Assembly (NCBI GenBank): GCA_964522445.1
Contig: CAZFUY010000004.1
Coordinates: forward strand, 1 to 64,000
Length of the DNA stretch: 64,000 bases
Source: an uncultured Thiotrichaceae bacterium
GTDB lineage: Bacteria > Pseudomonadota > Gammaproteobacteria > SZUA-229
Direction: 5' to 3'
Translations under genes and position numbers: made by a program
Notes under the pieces: generated by a model
The model's input: only the letters and a program-made list of their open reading frames with translations
The model's database searches: none
What the model was told of the DNA's origin: nothing
Part shown: positions 16,750 through 26,225 of the stretch, one piece after another
Position numbering within the stretch: the first letter of the stretch is position 1
Layout: each line of letters opens with the position of its first letter

Positions 16750-18882
16750 TTAAACCTGGCTTGAGGTACTGCTATTCCATAGCGATGCTTTTTCTAAAAG
16801 CTTTTCAAATTCACCTGACACTACAGGTTTGGAAATAAGGTAACCCTGAATAATATGGCAATCATGTTTATTTAAGAAATCATACTGCTCTTCTGTTTCA
16901 ATGCCTTCAGCAATAACTTCCAGGCTCATGCTTTTTGCCATTGCAATAACAGCAAGCGCTATAGCACCATCGCCTTCTTTTCCTTCTATATCTTTTATAA
17001 AAGAACGATCTATTTTAAGAACATCCAGCGGGAACTGGTGCAAATAACTGAGTGATGAATAACCTGTTCCAAAATCATCCATTGATAAATTCACGCCCAG
17101 TTTTTTTAGTTGATGCATTTTTTGAATACTGCTTTCTGCATCCTGCATGGCAATACTTTCTGTTATTTCAAGATCAATATATTTTGCATCGAGCTTATAT
17201 TCAGTCAATAAACTTTCCACCTGCTCAACCAGATTATCTAACATAAACTGACGGGCAGATAAGTTAATACCAACGCGTAAAAAATATCCCTGGTTATGCC
17301 ATTGTTTTGTCTGACTAATGGCTTCTTTAAGTACAAACTGTCCTAATATCTGAATTAAACCCGACTCTTCTGCTAATGGCACAAATCGAAAGGGGGGTAT
17401 AAAACCATGCTCTGGATGATTCCATCTTATTAAGGCTTCCATGGCTATAATTTTTCGAGTTTTTACATCAACCTGTGGCTGATAATAAAGTTCCAGGCTG
17501 TTCTCTTCTAAGGCCTGACGTAAATCAGTTTCTAACCTGAGTCTGTCGTGTACACGACGATTCATATCTGCCGTATAAAAACATTCCTGATCGCCTCCCT
17601 GTGCTTTTGCTCTTCTCATAGCGGCATGAGCCTGCTGCATTAAAGTTTCTGCATCAAAATCATCATCGGGATAAACGGACACGCCGATACTCAGTGACAG
17701 ATAAACCTGTTCATTGGCTAAATCAAAAATATTTTCATTAAGTGATGTACGTATGCTTCGAATTAAATCCATGATTTCATCTGTGGACTGAGGGCTTTCT
17801 AAAAGAATGGCAAACTCATCACCACTAATTCTTGAAACAGTATCACCTTCCTGAACAAAACGACTGAGAAAACCTGCAAACGCAAGCAATAATTCATTAC
17901 CCGTATCATGCCCTAAACTTTCATTAATCATCTGAAAACGATCAATGTCAATCATAATGATTGCAATCTGATGACCTGCATGTTCAGCCACTTTAATGGC
18001 ATGAAATAATCTTTCTTTATATAAAGTCTGGTTAGGCAGGTCTGTTAACAGATCATGATAGGCCTGATGTAAGATCATATCTTCCGCACGTTTAAGTGCT
18101 GTAATATCCTGAATAGTACCCAGCGCATGCAGTGGTTTTCCATCATCACTCATGACAACTTCACAGTGTTGATATACATAACGTTCGGTATTATCAGCCG
18201 CCTTAATTCGGTGTTCCATTTCAAATCTTGTGCCCCTGTCTTTAGCATCATACAGCGCATGCTTTACACGATCTTTATCTTCCTTTGGCACCAGTTTTAT
18301 AAAATCATCTACATTTTTTAATTCTTTTATATCTATGCCTAACATTTTTAAAACATTGTCGGGCATTTGAAAGTTATCATTTAACAGATCCCAGTCCCAG
18401 TAACCTAACATGGCAACCTGCAATGCATGACGAACTCGAAGCTGGCTCTTTCGCAAAGCAAAATCCATATTTCTTGCTCGCAGGGAGTAACGAACTCTCT
18501 GGCTAAATAAACTCCAGTTAATGGGCTTGGTAATAAAATCTGTTGCACCTGATTCGAATGCACGATCAACAGATGTAACATCATCAAGACCGGTAAGCAT
18601 AATAATTGGGACTGTACTTTCTGTATCCAGCTTACGCATGGCTTCGCAGGTTTCAAAACCATTCATCACTGGCATAATAACATCGAGCAAAACCATGTCG
18701 GGGCGATGGTTTTGAAACAACTCGACAGCTTCAGCTCCATTAGGTGCTTCAATCACATCATAACCCTGTCGTTGCAATGCTTTTTTAAGCATAGAGCGAA
18801 CAACAACATCATCATCAACAGCCAATAATAAAGGTGTTTCACGTTCAGCTATGGCTAATTCCATTTGTGGATTATTAATCAT
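16750..18882 (-). CDS. Response-regulator receiver-PAS-GGDEF-EAL protein
   Basis: 710 aa. REC (VLLDVIMPVMNG), a PAS region, a GGDEF domain with the SGDEF variant (RISGDEFAILL), and an EAL domain (AMEALIRW, DDFGTGYSS). Confidence 0.85.
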   Translation of the reverse strand: MINNPQMELAIAERETPLLLAVDDDVVVRSMLKKALQRQGYDVIEAPNGAEAVELFQNHRPDMVLLDVIMPVMNGFETCEAMRKLDTESTVPIIMLTGLDDVTSVDRAFESGATDFITKPINWSLFSQRVRYSLRARNMDFALRKSQLRVRHALQVAMLGYWDWDLLNDNFQMPDNVLKMLGIDIKELKNVDDFIKLVPKEDKDRVKHALYDAKDRGTRFEMEHRIKAADNTERYVYQHCEVVMSDDGKPLHALGTIQDITALKRAEDMILHQAYHDLLTDLPNQTLYKERLFHAIKVAEHAGHQIAIIMIDIDRFQMINESLGHDTGNELLLAFAGFLSRFVQEGDTVSRISGDEFAILLESPQSTDEIMDLIRSIRTSLNENIFDLANEQVYLSLSIGVSVYPDDDFDAETLMQQAHAAMRRAKAQGGDQECFYTADMNRRVHDRLRLETDLRQALEENSLELYYQPQVDVKTRKIIAMEALIRWNHPEHGFIPPFRFVPLAEESGLIQILGQFVLKEAISQTKQWHNQGYFLRVGINLSARQFMLDNLVEQVESLLTEYKLDAKYIDLEITESIAMQDAESSIQKMHQLKKLGVNLSMDDFGTGYSSLSYLHQFPLDVLKIDRSFIKDIEGKEGDGAIALAVIAMAKSMSLEVIAEGIETEEQYDFLNKHDCHIIQGYLISKPVVSGEFEKLLEKASLWNSSTSSQV

Positions 18883-18951
18883 TGGTGCTCATTTCAAAAT
18901 CAGATTTAACAAATAAGTGTGTCCGTATTTTTCAGTTTACGTGACAGGAAA

Positions 18952-20130
18952 CTACATACCTCTGGATAAGTCTTTCTTTAAATCTTCAATATCTTCCAGA
19001 CCCACAGCCACTCTAATTAAACCATCGGCTATGCCTGCTTCCTGCTTTTGCTCTGGTGTTAAACGACCATGCGTTGTCGTTCCAGGATGTGTAATGGTGG
19101 TTTTAGTGTCACCCAGATTGGCAGTAATCGAAATAAACTGTGTTGCATCAATTAGTTTCCAGCCTGCCTTTTTTCCACCTTTGAGTTCAAATGAAAGTAA
19201 ACCACCAAAACCAGATTGTTGCTGTTTTGCCAGCTCATGCTGCGCATGACTTTCCAAACCAGGATAATAAACACGCTCAACCGCATCCTGTTGCTCCAGC
19301 CAGCGTGCCAGTTGCAGTGCATTTTCACTGTGTGCTTTCATACGAAGTGATAAAGTTTCCAGCCCTTTTAAAAATACCCAGGCATTAAAGGCACTCATAG
19401 TAGGGCCTGCTGTGCGTAAAAAACCATACACATCTGTACCCACAATTTCTTTTGTACCTAGTACCGCACCACCGACACAACGCCCCTGACCATCAAGAAA
19501 TTTAGTAGCCGAATGAATAACAATATCTGCCCCCAGTTTTAAGGGCTGCTGCAATGCAGGCGTGCAAAAACAGTTATCAACTGCTAACAAACAATCATGT
19601 TCATGGGCAATGACAGATAATGCTTTTATATCCACAATCTCAGTTAAGGGATTAGAGGGTGTTTCCAGAAAAAATAATTTTGTTTCAGGACGCACAGCTG
19701 CTTTCCAGGATTCCAGATCAGACAAATCAACAAATGTTGTTTCTATACCCAGTTTGGCCATAAAGTTTGTAAACAAAACAGTTGTTGTGCCAAATATACT
19801 GCGTGACGAAACAATATGATCACCCATTTTTAATAAGCCAATGCAGGTTGCTAGAATGGCAGACATTCCAGATGATGTAGCAACACAACACTCAGCACCT
19901 TCAAGAGTCGCCAGTCGGTCTTCAAATGTTCTTACTGTTGGATTGGTAAAACGTGAATAAATATTTCCCGGTTCTTCTCCAGAAAAACGCGCTGCCGCCT
20001 CTGCTGCAGAAGCAAATACATAACTGGATGTTGGAAATATCGGTTCACTGTGTTCGCCTTCAGCTGTGCGTACCTGACCGGCACGAACAGCGCGTGTTGC
20101 AAAACCAAATGTTTCATCAAATTTTGTCAT
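18952..20130 (-). CDS. metZ: O-succinylhomoserine sulfhydrylase (Cys/Met-metabolism PLP enzyme)
   Basis: 392 aa with the PLP-lysine motif HSATKFLDGQGR. End-to-end resemblance to MetZ/MetB-family enzymes. It sits next to purF, as in Pseudomonas. Confidence 0.75.
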   Translation of the reverse strand: MTKFDETFGFATRAVRAGQVRTAEGEHSEPIFPTSSYVFASAAEAAARFSGEEPGNIYSRFTNPTVRTFEDRLATLEGAECCVATSSGMSAILATCIGLLKMGDHIVSSRSIFGTTTVLFTNFMAKLGIETTFVDLSDLESWKAAVRPETKLFFLETPSNPLTEIVDIKALSVIAHEHDCLLAVDNCFCTPALQQPLKLGADIVIHSATKFLDGQGRCVGGAVLGTKEIVGTDVYGFLRTAGPTMSAFNAWVFLKGLETLSLRMKAHSENALQLARWLEQQDAVERVYYPGLESHAQHELAKQQQSGFGGLLSFELKGGKKAGWKLIDATQFISITANLGDTKTTITHPGTTTHGRLTPEQKQEAGIADGLIRVAVGLEDIEDLKKDLSRGM

Positions 20131-20212
20131 AATAATTCCACAGTATTAAATATTTTTTTAACCACAAAGATTTTTGGTGAATGCTTTTTCCTGATTACAA
20201 AAATGATCAGCA

Positions 20213-20704
20213 TTATTCTTCAATAATTACTTCACAACCTTCATCAACCTGATCGAAAAGATCAATCACATCATCATTGCACATTCGAATACAGCCGTGT
20301 GAAACTGCTGTGCCTATTTTATCTTCTTCGGGTGTTCCATGTATATAAATGTAGCGCTGATGTGTATCCAGATTATCACCCTGATTAATCCCCTGTTCCA
20401 GACCCTCAAGCCATAAAATCCGGCTGGTAATAATATCGTCTGGCAGGTCTATTTTCTGTGCCTGCAAATCCCCAAGCACTCCCTGCCCCTGTCGACCTAT
20501 AAACACTTCATTTCGAGGCGCTGTCTCACCAATTTTTTCACTAATACAATGCTTGCCTTTTGGGGTTTTATAACTGCCTTCTTCACTACCCACACCATAT
20601 TTTGATGTCGATACAGCGTATTGCTGAATCACTTCTTCAAGCTCATCCAGCAAATACAGCTTTTGCTCAGATATTCTAATTAATATACTGACATTATGCG
20701 GCAT
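20213..20704 (-). CDS. L,D-transpeptidase (YkuD) catalytic-domain protein without a signal peptide
   Basis: 163 aa with the catalytic motif IHGTPEEDKIGTAVSHGCIRM. The N-terminus MPHNVSILIRISEQKLYLLDELEE has no hydrophobic leader. Confidence 0.75.
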   Translation of the reverse strand: MPHNVSILIRISEQKLYLLDELEEVIQQYAVSTSKYGVGSEEGSYKTPKGKHCISEKIGETAPRNEVFIGRQGQGVLGDLQAQKIDLPDDIITSRILWLEGLEQGINQGDNLDTHQRYIYIHGTPEEDKIGTAVSHGCIRMCNDDVIDLFDQVDEGCEVIIEE

Positions 20705-20768
20705 AAGAAATTCATCTTATTCTTAAGTAATCAACCATCTATGATATGCTGTTAACACTTAAATAACT

Positions 20769-21638
20769 ATGCTTTCCATGAATTTTAAAAAGCTGATATT
20801 TTTCTTATTCCTGATTAATTTACCGTCATCTTCTATTGCTGACACGTCTGACGCAGTACACAAAACCTGCTCGCGTATTGCAAAAAAGCTATCCAGTGTA
20901 AACCTTAATGAGTGTCTCGGGCGACAGCTTTCTCACTCAGGTTACACCTCTAAAAAACAGACGCCACTTATATTAAAAGAATATCCCCCTCTGGAAAATC
21001 GTAAAGCTCAGGCACGTATTTTAATGCTGGGCGGCATTCATGGTGATGAGTATTCTTCTGTCACTATTATGTTTAAATGGATGGCTATTCTGGATAAATA
21101 CCATAGCGGATTATTTCACTGGAAAATTGCACCTTTAGTCAACCCCGATGGTTTATTACAAAGAAAATCTCAGCGTGTCAATGCCAATGGCGTTGACCTT
21201 AATCGCAATTTTAAAAATGGTGAAAATATAAATGCCAGCCTGAAATACTGGAAAAAACGCACCTGGAAAGATCCACGACGCTACCCTGGAAAAAAACCCA
21301 TGAGTGAAGTTGAAACACTGTGGATGGCTCGGTTAATTAAAGAATTCAAGCCCGATGCTATTATCGCCGTTCATGCACCCTATGGCATAGTTGATTTTGA
21401 CGGACCACCAAAACCACCAACACATCTTGGCCCTTTACATCTTCGCTTACTAGGTACTTACCCCGGATCACTGGGCAATTTTGCCGGCATACAACTTAAT
21501 ATTCCTGTGATCACTGTTGAGCTTCCCTACGCGGGGATTATGCCCAGTAAAAAAGAGATTAATAAAATATGGATTGACCTTGTAGCGTGGCTAAAAAAGA
21601 ACGTACCGAATAAACAATTATCAACTAAAAACAAATGA
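20769..21638 (+). CDS. Secreted M14-family zinc carboxypeptidase/amidase (MpaA / Csd4-like peptidoglycan peptide hydrolase)
   Basis: 289 aa with a signal peptide (LIFFLFLINLPSSSIA). Zn-ligand motif GGIHGDEYSS (HxxE), plus NPDG, DLNRNF and a downstream His (AVHAPYG). Confidence 0.7.
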   Translation: MLSMNFKKLIFFLFLINLPSSSIADTSDAVHKTCSRIAKKLSSVNLNECLGRQLSHSGYTSKKQTPLILKEYPPLENRKAQARILMLGGIHGDEYSSVTIMFKWMAILDKYHSGLFHWKIAPLVNPDGLLQRKSQRVNANGVDLNRNFKNGENINASLKYWKKRTWKDPRRYPGKKPMSEVETLWMARLIKEFKPDAIIAVHAPYGIVDFDGPPKPPTHLGPLHLRLLGTYPGSLGNFAGIQLNIPVITVELPYAGIMPSKKEINKIWIDLVAWLKKNVPNKQLSTKNK

Positions 21639-21681
21639 CTCAGATCATCCTGTTGCTGAACTTTTAAGTCAAAAAATTTTG

Positions 21682-21873
21682 AAGCAAAAGAAAACGCAAA
21701 TGAACGCTAACAACGCGAATGTACGCAAATAAAGTTAAATCTGTAGGAGTAACTTTAACTAAACCCCGTCATTCCAGCATGCTTCTAGCTGGAGTGACAA
21801 TTTTATTAATTACAAAATGTTCTCTTCGCGTTTATTAGCGTTTTTTGCGTTGTTAGCGTTTTCTTTTGCTTTT
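21682..21873. repeat. Family-1 phased-repeat palindromic element, copy A (composite core)
   Basis: Left arm aagcaaaagaaaacgcaaatgaacgctaacaacgcgaatgtacgcaaataaag. Right arm ctcttcgcgtttattagcgttttttgcgttgttagcgttttcttttgctttt. The core holds two smaller hairpins: agttaaa..tttaact, and gtcattccagc..gctggagtgac (21768-21798). Confidence 0.8.
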
Positions 21874-21933
21874 GACCTTATGCTAGAGAAAAAAATGACT
21901 GCTTATGACTAGTTTAAGTCATTTCTAACTATC

Positions 21934-23148
21934 TTATTTATTACTAGCCACTGTTGGTATAGATGGCTGATTTATTTCACCTTCAAAAACAATTCGCCAT
22001 TTACCATCTTCTTCTTTATGCCAGTACTGTCGTTTCCATGACTGACTTATAAAATTATCACTCTGGTAATTTTGATGAAAAGTTGCCACCATAACATCTT
22101 CATTTGGGTGCATTAAAAGACTAACATCTTCTACATCTACTTTTATATGTTTTTTATATTGAGCAATTCTTCGTTTATGAGCAGCCCAGTGATTAAAGTC
22201 TTTTTTACCATTGCTAAATTTTTCTGAATAATGGCTTAAATAATTTTCCGTATTCATACTCTGCCAGTCATCAATCCATTTATTAAAACGCGCTCTGGTT
22301 TGTAGCTTTTGTTGCTGCCACTGATCAGTGCTTAGCCATTCTATTTTCTCACCAATAAGAACGGGAGTTTGACCCAGACTTATATATGAGCCGACTTCAA
22401 TTAAATCATTATTCGGTAAAACCACACAGCCTTCAGATGCCAGTGGCGAGCGATTATATGTTCCACTGCGTGTGCCATGTAACCAGATACCACTGCCGGT
22501 TCTACCATTAAATGAATCCCATGCATTTGGATAATTTATGGGGTATGCGCCAGCACCATATTTATCTGCTAATTTATTATCGGGTATATAGGACTGAACA
22601 AAATAAACCCCCAAAGGAGTTTTTAAGTCACCTTCTTTTTCTTTTTTTGCGCCACCACGCCCCATAGAAACATAGTAATCAGCAACCTGTTTTGGGAAGC
22701 CATTAAAATTATCAAAAACAAATAAACGAGATTTTTCTAAATCAATTACAATGGCGTGCAAATAATTTCCATCTAAATAGGCTAATGCGGCAGGAACTTT
22801 ATTTGCTTCCATTAATAAATTATTTTTAGCCTGCCATCGTGATTTTACTTCTGTTAATAATTGCTGCAAGTTTTCATTATTTTTTACGCCCATTCCAGCC
22901 TGATAAAGCGTGCCCGTCTTTGCTTTTAGAATATCTGCATATAAAAGATGAGCCAGTTTAAATTCAGGCTCATCATGTATTAATAACTTTAATAAGGATT
23001 CAGCTTTAGATAAGTCAGCCGATTGAATTGCCGTTAATGCTAATAATAATCGTTGTTCGGGATGAGCGGCAGTATAACCAGATTGAGAAACAACCAGGGA
23101 GAATATAAAAAATAACAATGTAAAAACAGATCTAATCATAAACCACAC
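21934..23148 (-). CDS. Secreted YkuD-domain protein with C-terminal NTF2-like domain (Csd6-like L,D-transpeptidase/carboxypeptidase architecture)
   Basis: 404 aa with a signal peptide. YkuD motif WLHGTRSGTYNRSPLASEGCVVL. The C-terminal approximately 120 aa (NYLSHYSEKFSNGKKDFNHWAAHKRR...WKRQYWHKEEDGKWRIVFEG) resemble the C-terminus of the upstream gene. Confidence 0.7.
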   Translation of the reverse strand: MWFMIRSVFTLLFFIFSLVVSQSGYTAAHPEQRLLLALTAIQSADLSKAESLLKLLIHDEPEFKLAHLLYADILKAKTGTLYQAGMGVKNNENLQQLLTEVKSRWQAKNNLLMEANKVPAALAYLDGNYLHAIVIDLEKSRLFVFDNFNGFPKQVADYYVSMGRGGAKKEKEGDLKTPLGVYFVQSYIPDNKLADKYGAGAYPINYPNAWDSFNGRTGSGIWLHGTRSGTYNRSPLASEGCVVLPNNDLIEVGSYISLGQTPVLIGEKIEWLSTDQWQQQKLQTRARFNKWIDDWQSMNTENYLSHYSEKFSNGKKDFNHWAAHKRRIAQYKKHIKVDVEDVSLLMHPNEDVMVATFHQNYQSDNFISQSWKRQYWHKEEDGKWRIVFEGEINQPSIPTVASNK

Positions 23149-23151
23149 AAA

Positions 23152-23985
23152 TTAATTAATTTGTTTTAAAACTCTTTCTGACAATATTAGCCAGCGTTCA
23201 TTCTCATAAACCATTTTTAATTGCTTCTGAACCCTGTCCTGATATTTTTCAGATTTATAGTCCTGTATAAATTCCACCAGTGCCTGACTATTATTTTCAC
23301 TCAAATAAACCTGCACATTGGTTAATCTAATATCCAGCTTATTCAGATATTTAAATTTAGATCTTCGCAGCATACGCCATTGAGTATAGTCCTTTGCTGA
23401 ACCCGATGGAGTGAAATCATTTGAATAAACTGAGAAATACTGTTCAATATTATTATCGGACCATGCTTCTGACCATTTTGAGAGACTGTTTCTAATATCA
23501 CTAAAAACGGTTGATGCAGCCTGGCTGTTATTATCAACAACAGAAGATTTAACTACTGGAGCTTTTTTAATTTCTGTTAATATTTCTAATTCTGGGTTTT
23601 CAGGTTTTTCAGACACGCCAACAGCTTTGTAATAGGCCATTGCAGCAGCATGATCATAAAGTTTTTTTCTATTTGACTGAGCAACTTTAAAGCTGGGCAA
23701 GCTAATAACAGCCGCTTCAATCGCCTGTTGTGCCTGTTCAATTTTGCCCAGTTTAAACTGGGCAATAGCAAGATTATTTTTAGGCTCTGGCCAGTCTGGA
23801 TTTCTGGCTGCAATATCTTTAAACAATATTGCAGCATCAGACCAACGTCCGTCTTCAGTTAAGTTAACAGCGTGTTTAAATAATAAAAAATCATCTATAG
23901 ATTTTTGTTGTGCAAATACCATTACAGGCAATAACCATAAACAAAACAGAATTTTTATTAATACATGCTTATTATTTTTATTCAT
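23152..23985 (-). CDS. Secreted TPR protein with C-terminal NTF2-like ('Cds6'-type) domain
   Basis: 277 aa with a signal peptide and TPR-like repeats. The C-terminal domain is WSEAWSDNNIEQYFSVYSNDFTPSG...YENERWLILSERV. The stop lies 3 nt before the next gene. Confidence 0.6.
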   Translation of the reverse strand: MNKNNKHVLIKILFCLWLLPVMVFAQQKSIDDFLLFKHAVNLTEDGRWSDAAILFKDIAARNPDWPEPKNNLAIAQFKLGKIEQAQQAIEAAVISLPSFKVAQSNRKKLYDHAAAMAYYKAVGVSEKPENPELEILTEIKKAPVVKSSVVDNNSQAASTVFSDIRNSLSKWSEAWSDNNIEQYFSVYSNDFTPSGSAKDYTQWRMLRRSKFKYLNKLDIRLTNVQVYLSENNSQALVEFIQDYKSEKYQDRVQKQLKMVYENERWLILSERVLKQIN

Positions 23986-23991
23986 GGATTA

Positions 23992-25506
23992 TTACTGATT
24001 ACTATAAAGATCAATACCTGCCAGATTATCTGCATGCTCACGCTTTTCTTTTGATGAGTCTGATCTTAATTTATCAAGATGACTAAGATAATCTTCATTT
24101 ACATCATTGGTAATATATTTACCATCAAAGCAGGAACAGTCATAACTGTTAATACTGATATTGCCTTTGTGTACCGCATCAATCAGGGCATCAATATCCT
24201 GATAAACAAGCCAGTCAGCACCAATTTCTTTTGCTATTTCTTCATCCGTGCGACCATCCGCAATAAATTCTCTTGGTGATGGCATATCAATACCATATAC
24301 ATTGGGATAACGTACAGCAGGAGCAGCGGATGCCATATAAACTTTTTTAGCTCCCGCTTCACGTGCCATTTGTATAATTTGTTTGGATGTTGTTCCGCGA
24401 ACGATTGAATCATCAACTAATAAAACTGTTTTACCTTTAAATTCAAGATCAATCGCATTCAGTTTCTGACGCACTGACTTTTTACGCTGTTTTTGCCCTG
24501 GCATAATAAAGGTACGACCAATGTATCGATTCTTAATAAAACCTTCGCGATATTTAACGCCCAGATGGTAGGCCACTTCCAGTGCTGACGTTCGGCTGGT
24601 ATCGGGTATGGGAATAACCACATCAATATCATGATCAGGCATCTGCCTGAGTATTTTAGCAACCAGGTTCTGCCCCATTCGTAACCTGGCTTTATAGACA
24701 GACACATTATCTATAATCGAATCCGGTCTTGCAAAATAAACATATTCAAAAATACAGGGTGAATTTTGTGGGTTTTCTGCACATTGCTGAGTATACAATT
24801 TACCCTCTATATCGATAAAAATAGCTTCGCCGGGAGAAAGATCTCTAATCAGTTCAAAGCCTAAAGCATGCAGTGCAACACTCTCTGACGCAACCATATA
24901 CTCAGTGCCGTTTTCAGTTTCACGTTTTCCATAAACAATGGGGCGAATACCAAACGGGTCACGGAAAGCTAAAATACCCTTACCCACAATAGAGGCCACA
25001 ACAGCATAGCCACCACGGCATCGTTTATGCACTGCTGAGACAGCAGTAAAAACTTCTGCTGCTGTTACATTTAATTTATTAAGACTCTGTAATTCATGAG
25101 CAAAAATATTTAATAATATTTCAGAATCAGATTCAGTATTAATGTGTCGTAAATCATCTTTATATAACTGTGCTTTTAATTCTTCTGCATTGGTTAAGTT
25201 TCCATTGTGCGCCATGGAAATACCGTAAGGCGAATTAACATAGAAAGGTTGAGCTTCAGCAGAAGACGCACAACCTGCCGTTGGGTAACGCACATGACCT
25301 ATACCCATATTTCCTATCAGCTGCGCCATGTGTTCAGCACGAAAAACATCGCTAACCAGTCCATTGTTTTTACGCAAATAAAATTTATTTCCGTCACAGG
25401 TTACTATGCCTGCCGCATCCTGGCCTCGATGTTGCAATAAGGTTAAGCTATCGTACAATTTCTGATTAACTGGACCACAACCAAATATTCCGACTATACC
25501 GCACAT
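23992..25506 (-). CDS. purF: Amidophosphoribosyltransferase
   Basis: 504 aa with the N-terminal MCGIVGI nucleophile motif and a PRPP-binding loop ([13 protein letters not shown]). Confidence 0.95.
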   Translation of the reverse strand: MCGIVGIFGCGPVNQKLYDSLTLLQHRGQDAAGIVTCDGNKFYLRKNNGLVSDVFRAEHMAQLIGNMGIGHVRYPTAGCASSAEAQPFYVNSPYGISMAHNGNLTNAEELKAQLYKDDLRHINTESDSEILLNIFAHELQSLNKLNVTAAEVFTAVSAVHKRCRGGYAVVASIVGKGILAFRDPFGIRPIVYGKRETENGTEYMVASESVALHALGFELIRDLSPGEAIFIDIEGKLYTQQCAENPQNSPCIFEYVYFARPDSIIDNVSVYKARLRMGQNLVAKILRQMPDHDIDVVIPIPDTSRTSALEVAYHLGVKYREGFIKNRYIGRTFIMPGQKQRKKSVRQKLNAIDLEFKGKTVLLVDDSIVRGTTSKQIIQMAREAGAKKVYMASAAPAVRYPNVYGIDMPSPREFIADGRTDEEIAKEIGADWLVYQDIDALIDAVHKGNISINSYDCSCFDGKYITNDVNEDYLSHLDKLRSDSSKEKREHADNLAGIDLYSNQ

Positions 25507-25521
25507 AAAGACCTCAGGATT

Positions 25522-26010
25522 CTAATAAGAAAAATACTTTGCAACATCATCTGGCAAATAACCCTGTAGCCATACTGCTAAAGTTTCAAAACGCTCAATT
25601 AATAATGATGACTTCCACCAGTCATATTCTGGCGCAGGTGTAAGCCCCGCAACAAATACCAGGCCCACAACAATAATTAAGCCCAGTGATGCACCAATAA
25701 CCATGCCTAATACTCGATCAAGCGCACTTAAACCCGTTTTATTAATCACCTGACGTATTAAAAAGCTGACCAGTGCACCGAGCATAATAGTTAAAACAAA
25801 CAATAAGCCCATGGCAACTGAAAGTCGCATAGCCGGTGATTCTATTGATGTTAAAAAAGTTGCCGCCAGATTAGGTGCAAATGTAAATGATAATGTGCTG
25901 GCCGTCAGCCACGTGCCTAGTGCAATAGCTATTTTAACAAAGCCCCAGATAAGCCCCAGAACAAGTAAAACAGTGATTATAAGAATAATGCCAAAGTCGA
26001 CCAGAGTCAT
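25522..26010 (-). CDS. cvpA: Colicin V production membrane protein CvpA
   Basis: 162 aa, four hydrophobic helices, in the conserved position between dedD and purF. Confidence 0.85.
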   Translation of the reverse strand: MTLVDFGIILIITVLLVLGLIWGFVKIAIALGTWLTASTLSFTFAPNLAATFLTSIESPAMRLSVAMGLLFVLTIMLGALVSFLIRQVINKTGLSALDRVLGMVIGASLGLIIVVGLVFVAGLTPAPEYDWWKSSLLIERFETLAVWLQGYLPDDVAKYFSY

Positions 26011-26115
26011 GCAACGGATTCCATTTTTAAAAGGTGAATGATATCAGAATTGTAGACTTGAGGTGAACTGTGAAATTTTGGTCTTTAATTTAAAGTCTGA
26101 CTTGTTTTTTCTGTT

Positions 26116-26187
26116 TGTCATCCCGAGCGTAGTCGAGGGATCTTGTTACCCAGGTAGTAAGATCCCTCGACTACGCTCGGGATGACA
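26116..26187. repeat. 72-bp palindrome with perfect 29-bp arms (tgtcatcccgagcg family)
   Basis: tgtcatcccgagcgtagtcgagggatctt - gttacccaggtagt - aagatccctcgactacgctcgggatgaca. Related copies lie at 53317-53346, 62337-62356 and 21768-21798. Confidence 0.9.
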
Positions 26188-26225
26188 AAATAGATTATAT
26201 AAAATCGCACAACTAACAACTATTC

